Source: an uncultured Flavobacteriales bacterium
GTDB taxonomy: Bacteria; Bacteroidota; Bacteroidia; Flavobacteriales_D; CAJJDF01
Assembly: GCA_905182785.1 (NCBI GenBank)
Contig: CAJJDF010000016.1
Span: 35,274 to 99,273, forward strand
Length of the DNA: 64,000 nt
Direction: 5' to 3'
The first letter of the stretch is position 1; the number at the start of each line of letters is the position of its first letter. A program made the translations under genes and the position numbers. Positions 29,302 to 39,026 of the stretch are shown here, piece after piece. The notes beneath the pieces are model-generated. The model did no database searches. It was given only the letters and a program-made list of their open reading frames with translations, and was not told the origin of the DNA.

Positions 29302-30048
29302 ATGGAAAATTTTGTAACATACAATAGTTTAATAGGAGTAGTACTTTTGGGAGGATTTTTAGTCTTTCTCTTAAAGGAAAAAATCACCCAGTATTTAAAA
29401 TACATACTGGCTTTTAGTGGAGCATTTATGCTTTCCATAGCTGTTCTTCACATCATCCCAGAGGTTTATGTAAACAATGGGTTTTCTATTGGAATATTTG
29501 TATTGTTTGGTTTCTTAATTCAATTAATTCTCGAATATTTTTCACAAGGAATAGAACACGGACATATTCATGTACACCATAATAAGTCTATATTTTATTT
29601 AGCTCCTATTCTTATTAGTTTGTGTTTTCATGCCTTCCTTGAAGGTCTTCCATTGGCAAGAGACTTTTCATTGGAGATTCATCAATCACATGGTCATAGT
29701 CACGAACATGGTAACTCGTTTTTAATTAGTATATTATTACACAAGTTTCCAATTGGAATTGCTTTGATGACCTTGTTCTTGAAAGCAAAACTAAGAATGG
29801 GTTTAGCTTTTTTATGGCTTATAGTATTTGCTTTAATGGCTCCATTAGGTAAATTAGTAGGAACATTTTTTCAAGACTTCTTTAACGATTTCAATTCAAT
29901 TTTCGAATATATTTTGGCAATCGTATTAGGAATGTTTCTTCACATCTCAACTACTATTTTATTCGAATCAGATGAAAGTCACAAATTCAATTTAATGAAA
30001 TTGATAATTATTATGACAGGAGGTTTAGTAGCTTATTTAGTGGTCTAA
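29302..30048 (+). CDS. ZIP-family metal transporter
   Basis: His-rich loops HGHIHVHH and HGHSHEH, HAFLEG, HKFP. Confidence 0.88.
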   Translation: MENFVTYNSLIGVVLLGGFLVFLLKEKITQYLKYILAFSGAFMLSIAVLHIIPEVYVNNGFSIGIFVLFGFLIQLILEYFSQGIEHGHIHVHHNKSIFYLAPILISLCFHAFLEGLPLARDFSLEIHQSHGHSHEHGNSFLISILLHKFPIGIALMTLFLKAKLRMGLAFLWLIVFALMAPLGKLVGTFFQDFFNDFNSIFEYILAIVLGMFLHISTTILFESDESHKFNLMKLIIIMTGGLVAYLVV

Positions 30049-30204
30049 AGCACGATTTTTTTTTGTGATTAAATCTAATGAGTTTTAAAATAGATTTTTA
30101 GTAAGATAAACTCCTTTATTCAAATTAGAAATAGAAATTGTTTTATTAGAAGAGATTTCTCCAAATACTTTTTCTCCTAAAAAGTTATAGATTTCAACTT
30201 TTTT
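30045..30204 (-). pseudogene. Relic of a T9SS C-terminal sorting domain
   Basis: VEIYNFLGEKVFGEISSNKTISISNLNKGVYLTK, then out of frame NSLDLITKKIVL*; no intact 5' part. Confidence 0.65.
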
Positions 30205-30394
30205 ATTTCATAACTGCCTTAGTTTATTTTAAAGTAATTTTGTGCTTTTTTATATAATCACTTTAAAACCTTATCAAACAGTCAATCTAAGAAGAGTGGT
30301 TTTAAGTCTAAGAAAATCATATTCGGGTCCATAAACTGAATTTTTTTAATGAATAATTCTTTTAGTATTTAATAAAGAAAAGAAAATGTAATTG

Positions 30395-30976
30395 TTAGTT
30401 TGACAAAGGAAGATTAAATCTATTCTCAACCTTAGTTTCTATTTTATTAAACAATTGATCTGGTTTATGTGTTCGCCACTCTATTAAATCAAAATCTTCT
30501 CCAAATAATATGTAGCTATCAATATTTGCATCAGAAAATTCTTCTAAAACATGAGGGTGAAAATTTAAGAAAACCATCCAGCCATCTTCCAATTCATCAA
30601 ATAATTCTTCGTAATAACAATCGTCTGAACTATGAAAATTTAAAACATTTTCGCCAATCATTATAAATTTATCTATCCCTTCTTGAATCATTATTTCAAA
30701 AACTTCAAGTTTCAAATTCATAATGTCATTCTCAATGCAATCATTCCATTCTCCAATCATTTCTATCACGGCAAAACCACTGTCGTAATCAGCAAATATT
30801 ATTTTAATGAATAATGTCTCAGAGCCAAAATCATCCCATTGTGGGTGTAGTAGAAAGTTATAGACCTTATTTGTATATTCAAATTCACTGTACTCCCTTT
30901 CAAAAAAAGGCGAACGATAATCTTCTGAGGCTACATAAAGATTTCTCCAGTTAAAGTGTGGTTCTATGGCGTGCAT
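30395..30976 (-). CDS. Conserved Bacteroidota hypothetical protein
   Basis: 193-aa acidic ORF with HPQWDDFGS, IGEWND, GENVLNFH motifs. Confidence 0.7.
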   Translation of the reverse strand: MHAIEPHFNWRNLYVASEDYRSPFFEREYSEFEYTNKVYNFLLHPQWDDFGSETLFIKIIFADYDSGFAVIEMIGEWNDCIENDIMNLKLEVFEIMIQEGIDKFIMIGENVLNFHSSDDCYYEELFDELEDGWMVFLNFHPHVLEEFSDANIDSYILFGEDFDLIEWRTHKPDQLFNKIETKVENRFNLPLSN

Positions 30977-31143
30977 TAAAGATTAATTGAATTTATGATT
31001 CAAAAATAAATAAAAAATCATTCGAATTCTTGAAATTTTGATGAATCTTAAAAATAAAAAATAATGTAGGTTTAAGTTGATACAAGACTTTTCAAATCTG
31101 TATATTTGAAACAATATAAATGTTCGATAAATAGTATTTAAAA

Positions 31144-32565
31144 ATGAGATTATTTCTAAAAAATAAAATTAAGACAAAATTTAGTTTGCCAACAGATGAT
31201 TTTTTTAACAAATTACGAAATAAGGAATACGCTAAATTAGATTCTTTAGGACAAACCTATTTAGATTTTACGGGGGGAAACCTTCATCCTAAATCATTAT
31301 TAAAAGATCATTTCAATTTATTGCAAAACAGTATCATGGGTAATCCTCATTCTACTAATCCTAGTTCTCAAATGTCTACCAAATTGGTGGAAGAAGCAAG
31401 GCAAAAGATATTAGACTTTTTCAACGCAGAAGATTATTACTGCATATTTACTTCCAATGCATCTGGAGCATTAAAAATTGTAGGAGAATGTTACCCGTTC
31501 GAAGATAATGGACATTATTTAATGACTTCGGATAATCACAACTCAGTAAATGGAATTCGAGAATATTGCAAATCAAAAGGTGCAGACTACACTTATTCAC
31601 CAATTCGTCAAGAAGATTTGAGAATAGATGATGAACACTTAATAAAAAATTTAAATTCTTTTCAAGACAAAACAAATAAGTTATTTGCATTTCCTGCACA
31701 ATCCAATGTGTCGGGAGTAAAACACAATTGGGAATGGGTGAAAACTGCAAAAGAAAAAGGATGGGATGTATTGTTAGATGCAGCCGCATTTGTACCAACT
31801 TGTAAACTAGATTTAAAAGAAGTACAACCAGATTTTGTAACGATTTCATTTTATAAAATATTTGGGTTCCCAACCGGAATTGGTTGTTTGTTAGTAAAAA
31901 AATCATCTTTTCCTAAACTTAAAAAGCATTGGTTTGCAGGAGGAACAGTTGATTATGTTTCAGTAATAGAAAGTAGCCATTTGTTGATCCACAACCAGGA
32001 GAGGTTCGAAAATGGGACATTAAATTATCTTGATATCCCAGCAATTACAATGGGATTAAATTTCATAGAATCCATAGGAATTGAAAATATTAGGACAAGA
32101 GTAAAGCAGCTTACAGGATTATTCATAGAAGAAATGAGTAAACTAAAACACGATAATGGAACACCTATAGTAAGAATGTTTGGACCTTTGAATACAGAAA
32201 GAAGAGGAGGGACAATAATTCTTAACTTCCAGGATAAAGACGGAAAGACATTTCCATTTGATTGGGTAGAAAACCAAGCAAATAAGAAATTGATATCCAT
32301 TCGTTCAGGATGTTTTTGTAATCCAGGAATAGATGAAACGAATAATTGTATTTCTAACGAAGAAATGACTCAATATTACAGCAGTAGAAAAGAAAAAGAG
32401 TTTGATTCCTCAATTAATTTTTTGTCATATATGTCTCAGCAAATTGGTAGAATGAGAGGGGCAACAAGAGTTTCTTTTGGAATTGCTACAACTACTAAAG
32501 ATATCGAAACATTTATTAATTTTGTGTCCGAATTAAAAAACAAAACGATTTCTATTTGTAAATAA
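31144..32565 (+). CDS. Class V PLP aminotransferase / MOCOS-like cysteine desulfurase domain
   Basis: YLDFTG, DNHNSVNGIRE, PAQSN, LLDAA, SFYKIFGFPTG, RSGCFCNPG. Confidence 0.85.
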   Translation: MRLFLKNKIKTKFSLPTDDFFNKLRNKEYAKLDSLGQTYLDFTGGNLHPKSLLKDHFNLLQNSIMGNPHSTNPSSQMSTKLVEEARQKILDFFNAEDYYCIFTSNASGALKIVGECYPFEDNGHYLMTSDNHNSVNGIREYCKSKGADYTYSPIRQEDLRIDDEHLIKNLNSFQDKTNKLFAFPAQSNVSGVKHNWEWVKTAKEKGWDVLLDAAAFVPTCKLDLKEVQPDFVTISFYKIFGFPTGIGCLLVKKSSFPKLKKHWFAGGTVDYVSVIESSHLLIHNQERFENGTLNYLDIPAITMGLNFIESIGIENIRTRVKQLTGLFIEEMSKLKHDNGTPIVRMFGPLNTERRGGTIILNFQDKDGKTFPFDWVENQANKKLISIRSGCFCNPGIDETNNCISNEEMTQYYSSRKEKEFDSSINFLSYMSQQIGRMRGATRVSFGIATTTKDIETFINFVSELKNKTISICK

Positions 32566-32657
32566 TAAGACTATAAAATTTAATTAAGAATTTTTAAGCA
32601 CTTATTCTAAACAAAAACTTATTCCTTGCGTATATTTATGTAAAGTAAGAAAAAACA

Positions 32658-33554
32658 ATGGATACTTTTCAATCACAAATAGAAGAATTTTCGAATTACA
32701 TTCAAAATGAAAGAAGATTATCCCCGCATACTTTAACAGCTTACCAAACTGATTTAAGACAATTTCAATATTTTTTGGAGGAAACACTTAGGTTGAAGTC
32801 CTTTACAGAAGGAACCTACAATGAAATAAGAATGTGGATCATTCATCTTAAAGAAAATGAAATTTCTAATAGGTCTATCAATAGGAAGATATCAACATTA
32901 AAATCTTTATTCAAATATTTTATAACAAAACAGAAAGTTAAAGTAAATCCAATGCTTAAAATAATAGCGCCAAAACAATCGAAAAAACTTCCTGTTTATT
33001 TTGATCAAAAACTATTAAACAACTTATTCAATTCTGAAGTTTTTACAAATGACTTTATGGGAATAAGAGATATTTTAATAATGGAATTGCTTTATGGAAC
33101 TGGAATGCGCCTTGCTGAATTGATAAATATTAAACAAACAGACATAGATAATCTTGAAATAAAAGTATTAGGAAAAGGGAATAAGGAAAGAATAATTCCG
33201 ATAACAAAAAATATAGCGTCATTTATATCCTTATATAATGAAAAAAGAAAGGAAGAATTTACAACAAAAAATAACCATTATTTGTTATTGACAAACAAGG
33301 GAGATAAACTATATGAAAAATTTGTATATCGAGTAGTAAATCATTATCTTGGATTAGTAACAAATGAAAAGAAAAGAAGTCCACATACCATGAGGCATTC
33401 ATTTGCTACTAACATGTTGAATAACGGAGCTCAGCTTCATACGATAAAAGAAATATTAGGTCACGCTAACTTGTCGGCAACACAAGTTTATACGCACAAC
33501 ACAATTGAGAGACTAAGAGATGCTTATAAAAAGTTTCACCCTAAAGAAAATTAA
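32658..33554 (+). CDS. xerC: Tyrosine recombinase XerC-like
   Basis: TGMRLAE, GKGNKER, HTMRHSFAT, LGHANLSATQVY; conserved position before hpf. Confidence 0.85.
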   Translation: MDTFQSQIEEFSNYIQNERRLSPHTLTAYQTDLRQFQYFLEETLRLKSFTEGTYNEIRMWIIHLKENEISNRSINRKISTLKSLFKYFITKQKVKVNPMLKIIAPKQSKKLPVYFDQKLLNNLFNSEVFTNDFMGIRDILIMELLYGTGMRLAELINIKQTDIDNLEIKVLGKGNKERIIPITKNIASFISLYNEKRKEEFTTKNNHYLLLTNKGDKLYEKFVYRVVNHYLGLVTNEKKRSPHTMRHSFATNMLNNGAQLHTIKEILGHANLSATQVYTHNTIERLRDAYKKFHPKEN

Positions 33555-33577
33555 TATTAACCTTAAAAATAATAATT

Positions 33578-33865
33578 ATGGATATCAAAATACAATCAAT
33601 ACATTTTGACGCAGACAAGAAGCTAGTAGATTTTGTAGAAGAGAAAGTAGGAAAACTATCTCACTACTATGATAAGATAATAGGGGGGGATGTTTTTTTA
33701 AAATTAGAAACAGCAGATCAAGAAAACAAAGTAGCAGAAATTAAAATTAAGCTACCTGGCAAGGATTTATTTGCAAAAAAACAATGCAAATCATTTGAAG
33801 AAGCAACTGATGAAGCCGTAGAAGCATTGAGAAGACAAATTAATAAGCATAAATCAAAAAAATAA
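33578..33865 (+). CDS. raiA: Ribosome hibernation factor HPF/RaiA
   Basis: IQSIHFDAD, KSFEEATD, 95 aa. Confidence 0.88.
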   Translation: MDIKIQSIHFDADKKLVDFVEEKVGKLSHYYDKIIGGDVFLKLETADQENKVAEIKIKLPGKDLFAKKQCKSFEEATDEAVEALRRQINKHKSKK

Positions 33866-33895
33866 TTAGATTTAAATAAAATTTTTTATACTTTT

Positions 33896-33927
33896 GGGCC
33901 TTGATAATTTTTCAAGGCCCTTTTTTT
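33896..33927 (+). terminator. Intrinsic terminator
   Basis: GGGCCTTGA...TCAAGGCCC followed by T7. Confidence 0.85.
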
Positions 33928-34008
33928 ATGCCAGTTCTATTATTTATTGGGGGATATTAGCGCAGAAATATTAATTTTAAAAAAAAATGAAATATTTCTT
34001 CCAAAATG

Positions 34009-34039
34009 TTTGAATATAAAAATATCTTTTCTAAATTTG
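34009..34039 (+). promoter_or_regulatory. Bacteroidota sigma70 promoter of the tRNA-tuf operon
   Basis: TTTG (-33), 19-nt spacer, TAAATTTG (-7). Confidence 0.75.
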
Positions 34040-34067
34040 CAGACCCTAAAAAAACTAGGGAATAAAA

Positions 34068-34141
34068 GCCGATATAGCTCAGCTGGCTAGAGCAGCTGAT
34101 TTGTAATCAGCAGGTCGTGGGTTCGAGTCCCTCTATCGGCT
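34068..34141 (+). tRNA. tRNA-Thr(TGT)
   Basis: Cloverleaf; GCTGA-TTTGTAA-TCAGC anticodon arm; GTTCGAG T-loop. Confidence 0.95.
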
Positions 34142-34222
34142 CTTTTAAAATTTAAAAAACGCACTTAAGTAAGTGCACTTATGTCGAAAGTGACGTGAGT
34201 TATTTGAAATAACATTTCATTT

Positions 34223-34304
34223 GGGGAGATACTCAAGCGGCCAACGAGGACAGACTGTAAATCTGTTGACTACGTCTTCGCAGGTTCGAATCCTGCTCTC
34301 CCCA
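34223..34304 (+). tRNA. tRNA-Tyr(GTA)
   Basis: ACAGA-CTGTAAA-TCTGT arm, long variable arm, GTTCGAATC. Confidence 0.95.
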
Positions 34305-34335
34305 CATTTGAATAAAAAAATTAGTAAGATTATAA

Positions 34336-34408
34336 GCGAGAGTAGCTCAGTTGATAGAGCGTCAGCCTTCCAAGCTGAGGGTCGCGGGTTTGAGCCCCGT
34401 CTCTCGCT
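34336..34408 (+). tRNA. tRNA-Gly(TCC)
   Basis: Anticodon loop CTTCCAA; D-loop TTGATA and T-loop TTTGAG are non-canonical. Confidence 0.92.
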
Positions 34409-34418
34409 CATTATTTTT

Positions 34419-34490
34419 GCTGATGTAGCTCAGGGGTAGAGCACTTGCTTGGTAAGTAAGAGGTCACGGGTTCAATTCCCGTCATTAGCT
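34419..34490 (+). tRNA. tRNA-Thr(GGT)
   Basis: CTTGC-TTGGTAA-GTAAG arm, GTTCAATTC. Confidence 0.93.
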
Positions 34491-34549
34491 CATCCTACTG
34501 AAACAGTTTGAATATAAATAAATAACAACAATAAAAAAACAACATAGCC

Positions 34550-35737
34550 ATGGCTAAAGAAAAATTCGACCGTTCGAAACCACACGTAAACATAGGAACA
34601 ATTGGTCACGTAGATCACGGGAAAACTACTCTAACAGCTGCTATTTCAAGTGTACTAGCATCTAAAGGATTAGCAGAAACAAGAGATTTTAGTTCAATTG
34701 ATAATGCACCTGAAGAAAAAGAAAGAGGTATTACAATTAATACTTCACACATTGAATACGAAACTGCAACTAGACACTACGCACACGTAGATTGTCCAGG
34801 TCACGCAGATTACGTAAAGAACATGGTTACTGGAGCTGCACAAATGGATGGAGCTATCCTTGTAGTGGCTGCAACTGATGGACCAATGCCTCAAACTAGA
34901 GAACATATCCTATTAGGAAGACAAGTAGGTATTCCTAGAATGGTTGTATTCATGAATAAAGTGGATATGGTTGATGATGAAGAACTATTAGAGTTGGTTG
35001 AAATGGAAATAAGAGAATTACTTTCTTTTTACCAGTATGATGGAGATAACGCACCAGTAATAGCAGGTTCTGCATTAGGAGGTCTTAATGGAGATGCTAA
35101 ATGGGTTGATTCTATTATGGAACTGATGGATGCTGTTGATACTTACATTGAGCTTCCAGTAAGAGATGTAGAAAAAGAATTCTTAATGCCAGTTGAAGAT
35201 GTATTTTCAATTACAGGAAGAGGGACAGTTGCTACAGGAAAAATCGAAACAGGAGTTATAAACTCTGGTGACGAAGTTGAAATTTCTGGAATGATCGAAA
35301 TTCCATTGAAATCTACTGTAACAGGAGTTGAAATGTTTAGAAAAATACTAGACAGAGGAGAAGCTGGAGATAACGTAGGACTTTTATTGAGAGGTGTTGA
35401 AAAAGCAGCAATCAAGAGAGGTATGGTTATTACTAGACCTGGTACAATTACACCACATAAAAAATTCAAGGCTGAGATATATGTATTGAAAAAAGAAGAA
35501 GGAGGAAGACATACTCCATTCCAAAACAAATATAGACCTCAATTTTACTTAAGAACTACTGATGTAACAGGAGAAATTTTCCTAGAAGCAGGTAGAGAAA
35601 TGGTAATGCCTGGTGATAACGTTACTATTACTGTAGAACTAATCGTTCCAGTTGCAATGTCAAAAGGACTTAGATTTGCAATAAGAGAAGGAGGAAGAAC
35701 AGTAGGAGCTGGACAAGTTACAGAAATACTAGATTAA
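34550..35737 (+). CDS. tuf: Elongation factor Tu
   Basis: [23 protein letters not shown]. Confidence 0.99.
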   Translation: MAKEKFDRSKPHVNIGTIGHVDHGKTTLTAAISSVLASKGLAETRDFSSIDNAPEEKERGITINTSHIEYETATRHYAHVDCPGHADYVKNMVTGAAQMDGAILVVAATDGPMPQTREHILLGRQVGIPRMVVFMNKVDMVDDEELLELVEMEIRELLSFYQYDGDNAPVIAGSALGGLNGDAKWVDSIMELMDAVDTYIELPVRDVEKEFLMPVEDVFSITGRGTVATGKIETGVINSGDEVEISGMIEIPLKSTVTGVEMFRKILDRGEAGDNVGLLLRGVEKAAIKRGMVITRPGTITPHKKFKAEIYVLKKEEGGRHTPFQNKYRPQFYLRTTDVTGEIFLEAGREMVMPGDNVTITVELIVPVAMSKGLRFAIREGGRTVGAGQVTEILD

Positions 35738-35756
35738 GAAGAAATATAAAATGAGC

Positions 35757-35789
35757 AGCAATTCCAGTCTTTTTTAGGCTGGAATTGTT
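35757..35789 (+). terminator. Hairpin after tuf (terminator/processing site)
   Basis: AGCAATTCCAGTCT...AGGCTGGAATTGTT. Confidence 0.6.
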
Positions 35790-35798
35790 TCCTGTTTT

Positions 35799-35871
35799 AC
35801 GGGTGTAGCTCAGCTGGTAGAGCACTGGTCTCCAAAACCAGGTGTCGGGAGTTCGAGTCTCTCCACCCGTG
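35799..35871 (+). tRNA. tRNA-Trp(CCA)
   Basis: CTGGT-CTCCAAA-ACCAG arm; position between tuf and secE. Confidence 0.95.
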
Positions 35872-35928
35872 CTTTAAAAGATGAGTTCAGTTAATTTAAA
35901 AGATCTCTACTAGTACATAAATTATAAC

Positions 35929-36147
35929 ATGGTAAAAATTAAAACATACATATCAGAAGTAATAACTGAGTTATTTGAGAAAGTAACTTGGCCAACATGG
36001 AGTGAATTACAAAATAGTTCATTTGTTGTATTAATTGCTTCAGCAATAGTGTCGTTAATTATATGGGCTATGGATTTTGTGGTTGGAAACAATCCACTAG
36101 GATTTTGGAGAGGAATTTTAGGTTTTATTTACGATTTAATAGGATAA
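35929..36147 (+). CDS. secE: Preprotein translocase subunit SecE
   Basis: ELFEKVTWPTWSEL followed by a TM. Confidence 0.92.
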   Translation: MVKIKTYISEVITELFEKVTWPTWSELQNSSFVVLIASAIVSLIIWAMDFVVGNNPLGFWRGILGFIYDLIG

Positions 36148-36151
36148 CCTA

Positions 36152-36685
36152 ATGAAGTGGTATATTGTAAGAACCGTAACTGGTAAGGAAAAAAAGTCAA
36201 AGGAATATTTGGATATTGAAATCGAAAGATTAAATATGTCATCTTATATTGCTCAAATTTTAGTTCCAACAGAAAGAGTAATTCAGATTAAAGCTGGAAA
36301 AAAAATAATCAAGGAGAAGAATATTCTTCCTGGTTATATAATGGTTCAGGCAACTCTAGAAGGAGAGGTGAAACACCTGATAAAAAGTATTCCTAATGTT
36401 ATGGGATTCTTATCTGGGGTTCAAGGAGGAGAGCCAATGCCAATGAGAGAGAATGAAGTAAATAGAATTTTAGGTAAAGCTGATGAAAGTGTTGATTTAG
36501 AAGATCAGATTTCCATTGACTATGTAATTGGCGAAAGTGTAAAAATTACTGACGGTCCATTCAATAACTTTGATGGAATAATTGAGGAAGTAAACGAAGA
36601 GAAAAAGAAATTAAAAATAATGATAAAGATATTCGGTAGGAAGACTCCTGTTGAATTGAATTACATGCAAGTAGAAAAGCAATAA
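36152..36685 (+). CDS. nusG: Transcription factor NusG
   Basis: WYIV, PGY, KOW DGPF, IFGRKTPVEL. Confidence 0.96.
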   Translation: MKWYIVRTVTGKEKKSKEYLDIEIERLNMSSYIAQILVPTERVIQIKAGKKIIKEKNILPGYIMVQATLEGEVKHLIKSIPNVMGFLSGVQGGEPMPMRENEVNRILGKADESVDLEDQISIDYVIGESVKITDGPFNNFDGIIEEVNEEKKKLKIMIKIFGRKTPVELNYMQVEKQ

Positions 36686-36697
36686 TTTTATAATAAA

Positions 36698-37144
36698 ATG
36701 GCTAAAGAAGTAAGTGGTTTAATTAAATTACAAATTAAGGGAGGAGCAGCAAATCCAGCTCCACCAGTAGGACCAGCACTAGGTGCTAAAGGTGTTAATA
36801 TCATGGAGTTTTGCAAACAGTTTAATGCAAGAACTCAAGATAAGCCTGGTAAAATATTACCGGCAGTTATCACTGTTTATTCTGATAAATCATTTGATTT
36901 TGTCATTAAAACACCACCAGCAGCAGTTCAATTATTAGAAGCAGCAAAGCTTAAATCTGGTTCAGCAGAACCAAATAGAGCGAAAGTTGGTAAAGTTACT
37001 TGGGATCAAGTAAAAGCAATAGCTGAAGATAAAATGCCAGATCTTAACTGTTTCGTAATCGAATCAGCAATGAAAATGGTTGCTGGAACAGCAAGAAGTA
37101 TGGGGTTAGTAGTTCAAGGAGCTGCACCATGGGAAAATAAATAA
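36698..37144 (+). CDS. rplK: 50S ribosomal protein L11
   Basis: [19 protein letters not shown]. Confidence 0.98.
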   Translation: MAKEVSGLIKLQIKGGAANPAPPVGPALGAKGVNIMEFCKQFNARTQDKPGKILPAVITVYSDKSFDFVIKTPPAAVQLLEAAKLKSGSAEPNRAKVGKVTWDQVKAIAEDKMPDLNCFVIESAMKMVAGTARSMGLVVQGAAPWENK

Positions 37145-37161
37145 ACAAATAAATAAAACAA

Positions 37162-37842
37162 ATGTCAAAAGCAAGTAGAGCAGTTTTAGAAAAATATGAC
37201 CTAGAAAAGTCGTATTCACTAAAAGATGCGAGTAATTTAATTAAGGAAATTACGACAGCAAAATTTGATGCAACTATTGATGTTGCGATAAGACTAAATG
37301 TTGATCCAAGAAAAGCCGATCAAATGGTAAGAGGTTCTGTATCTCTTCCACACGGAACAGGAAAAGATATGAAAGTTTTAGTATTATGTACTCCAGACAA
37401 AGTCGAAGAAGCTAAAGAAGCAGGTGCTGATTTTGTTGGATTAGAGGAATACATAGAAAAAATCAAAGGAGGCTGGACAGATGTAGATGTAATTATATCT
37501 ACTCCAAACGTAATGGGGAAAATTGGTGCACTAGGAAGAATCTTAGGACCAAGAAACCTAATGCCAAATCCTAAAACAGGAACGGTAACAATGGATGTAG
37601 CAAAAGCTGTTGCAGATTCTAAAGGAGGAAAAATTGATTTTAAAGTAGATAAATTCGGAATTATACATGCCATTATTGGTAAAGTATCTTTTTCTGAAGA
37701 AAACATCTATAATAACTCAAAAGAACTGTTGGATACAATTATAAAACTTAAGCCTGCTTCTGCAAAAGGAGAGTATGTAACAAGTGTATTCATGTCCTCT
37801 ACAATGAGTCCTAGTATTAATGTTGACTCAAGTTCAATTTAA
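37162..37842 (+). CDS. rplA: 50S ribosomal protein L1
   Basis: [21 protein letters not shown]. Confidence 0.98.
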   Translation: MSKASRAVLEKYDLEKSYSLKDASNLIKEITTAKFDATIDVAIRLNVDPRKADQMVRGSVSLPHGTGKDMKVLVLCTPDKVEEAKEAGADFVGLEEYIEKIKGGWTDVDVIISTPNVMGKIGALGRILGPRNLMPNPKTGTVTMDVAKAVADSKGGKIDFKVDKFGIIHAIIGKVSFSEENIYNNSKELLDTIIKLKPASAKGEYVTSVFMSSTMSPSINVDSSSI

Positions 37843-37852
37843 TTTTACAACA

Positions 37853-38371
37853 ATGAACAAAGAAGAAAAAAGCAAACAAATAGCATATTTATCTGATAAG
37901 TTAAATAATGCTAATATTTTTTACTTGGCAGATACTTCTGAATTATCAGCTGATGAGACAAGTAAATTAAGAAGAAGATGTTTTAAAGGGGAAGTTTCTT
38001 TAGAGGTTGTGAAAAACACTCTTGTAAAGAAGGCTATGGAAAGTATGGAAGGAAAGGATATGTCTCCTTTCTATGATTTACTTAAAGGTCAAACTTCTTT
38101 AATGATTAGCGAAAAAGGTAATGAGCCTGCTAAAATAATTAAGGAATTTAGAAAGAAAAGTGATAGACCAATTTTAAAAGGAGCTTTTGTTGAAGAAGCA
38201 ATCTTTATTGGAGATGATCAAATCGAGATATTAGCTTCTCTTAAATCTAAAGAAGAACTTATTGGAGATGTTATTACATTACTTCAGTCACCTGCTAAAA
38301 ATCTTATTTCTGCCCTTAATTCGGGAGGAAGTACTATCGCAGGATTGGTTAAAACTTTATCAGAAAGATAA
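37853..38371 (+). CDS. rplJ: 50S ribosomal protein L10
   Basis: VVKNTL, LKSKEELI; ATG at 37853. Confidence 0.96.
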   Translation: MNKEEKSKQIAYLSDKLNNANIFYLADTSELSADETSKLRRRCFKGEVSLEVVKNTLVKKAMESMEGKDMSPFYDLLKGQTSLMISEKGNEPAKIIKEFRKKSDRPILKGAFVEEAIFIGDDQIEILASLKSKEELIGDVITLLQSPAKNLISALNSGGSTIAGLVKTLSER

Positions 38372-38460
38372 CAAAGAAATTTTCTTATGTTCTGTCTTTA
38401 GACGGATGCTTCACATAGGGGATAATTAAAATAAAAACAAAAATAATAAAACAATACAAA

Positions 38461-38835
38461 ATGGCAGATTTAGCAAAATTAGCAGAAGAATTAGTAAATT
38501 TAACTGTGAAAGATGTTCAGGAATTAGCAACAATCTTAAAAGACGAATATAACATTGAACCAGCAGCAGCAGCAGCAGTAATGGCTGGACCAGCAGCAGG
38601 TGGAGGTGAAGCAGCAGAAGAAAAAACAGAATTTGATGTTATTCTTAAAGCAGCAGGAGGTTCTAAATTAGCAGTTGTAAAACTTGTTAAAGAATTAACT
38701 GGTTTAGGTCTTAAGGAAGCAAAAGATATGGTTGATAGTGCACCAACAGCAATTAAAGAAGGTGTATCTAAAGACGAAGCTGAAGGATTAAGAACTTCAT
38801 TAGAAGAGGCTGGAGCTGAAGTTGAAGTTAAGTAA
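38461..38835 (+). CDS. rplL: 50S ribosomal protein L7/L12
   Basis: Ala-rich hinge, [15 protein letters not shown]. Confidence 0.98.
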   Translation: MADLAKLAEELVNLTVKDVQELATILKDEYNIEPAAAAAVMAGPAAGGGEAAEEKTEFDVILKAAGGSKLAVVKLVKELTGLGLKEAKDMVDSAPTAIKEGVSKDEAEGLRTSLEEAGAEVEVK

Positions 38836-38857
38836 TAACAACACTCCAAACACTATT

Positions 38858-38888
38858 GGTTTAGGTGCTTTATGCATCTAAACCTTTT
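38858..38888 (+). terminator. rplL-rpoB attenuator-like terminator
   Basis: GGTTTAGGTGC/GCATCTAAACC followed by TTTT. Confidence 0.7.
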
Positions 38889-39026
38889 GTTGTTTCTATT
38901 AGAACCTATCTTAAAGTAGGTAGAAACAACAACCTAAAACTGTCAACAAGTAATTGATTGTCAGTGATTAAACTTCGGGTTTAATCAAGAGATTTAGAAA
39001 AAAACGATTTAAATCATCATTTTTAT

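Noticed and set aside
32658-33554. Tyrosine recombinase next to tRNAs as a prophage/ICE integrase or the cassette integrase
   Set aside because: Size, motifs and xerC-hpf-tRNA-tuf context fit housekeeping XerC; no IntI-type insertion, att duplication or cargo seen
34217-34439. ORFs 34217-34411 (-) and 34221-34439 (+)
   Set aside because: They overlap tRNA-Tyr/Gly/Thr genes; translation artefacts
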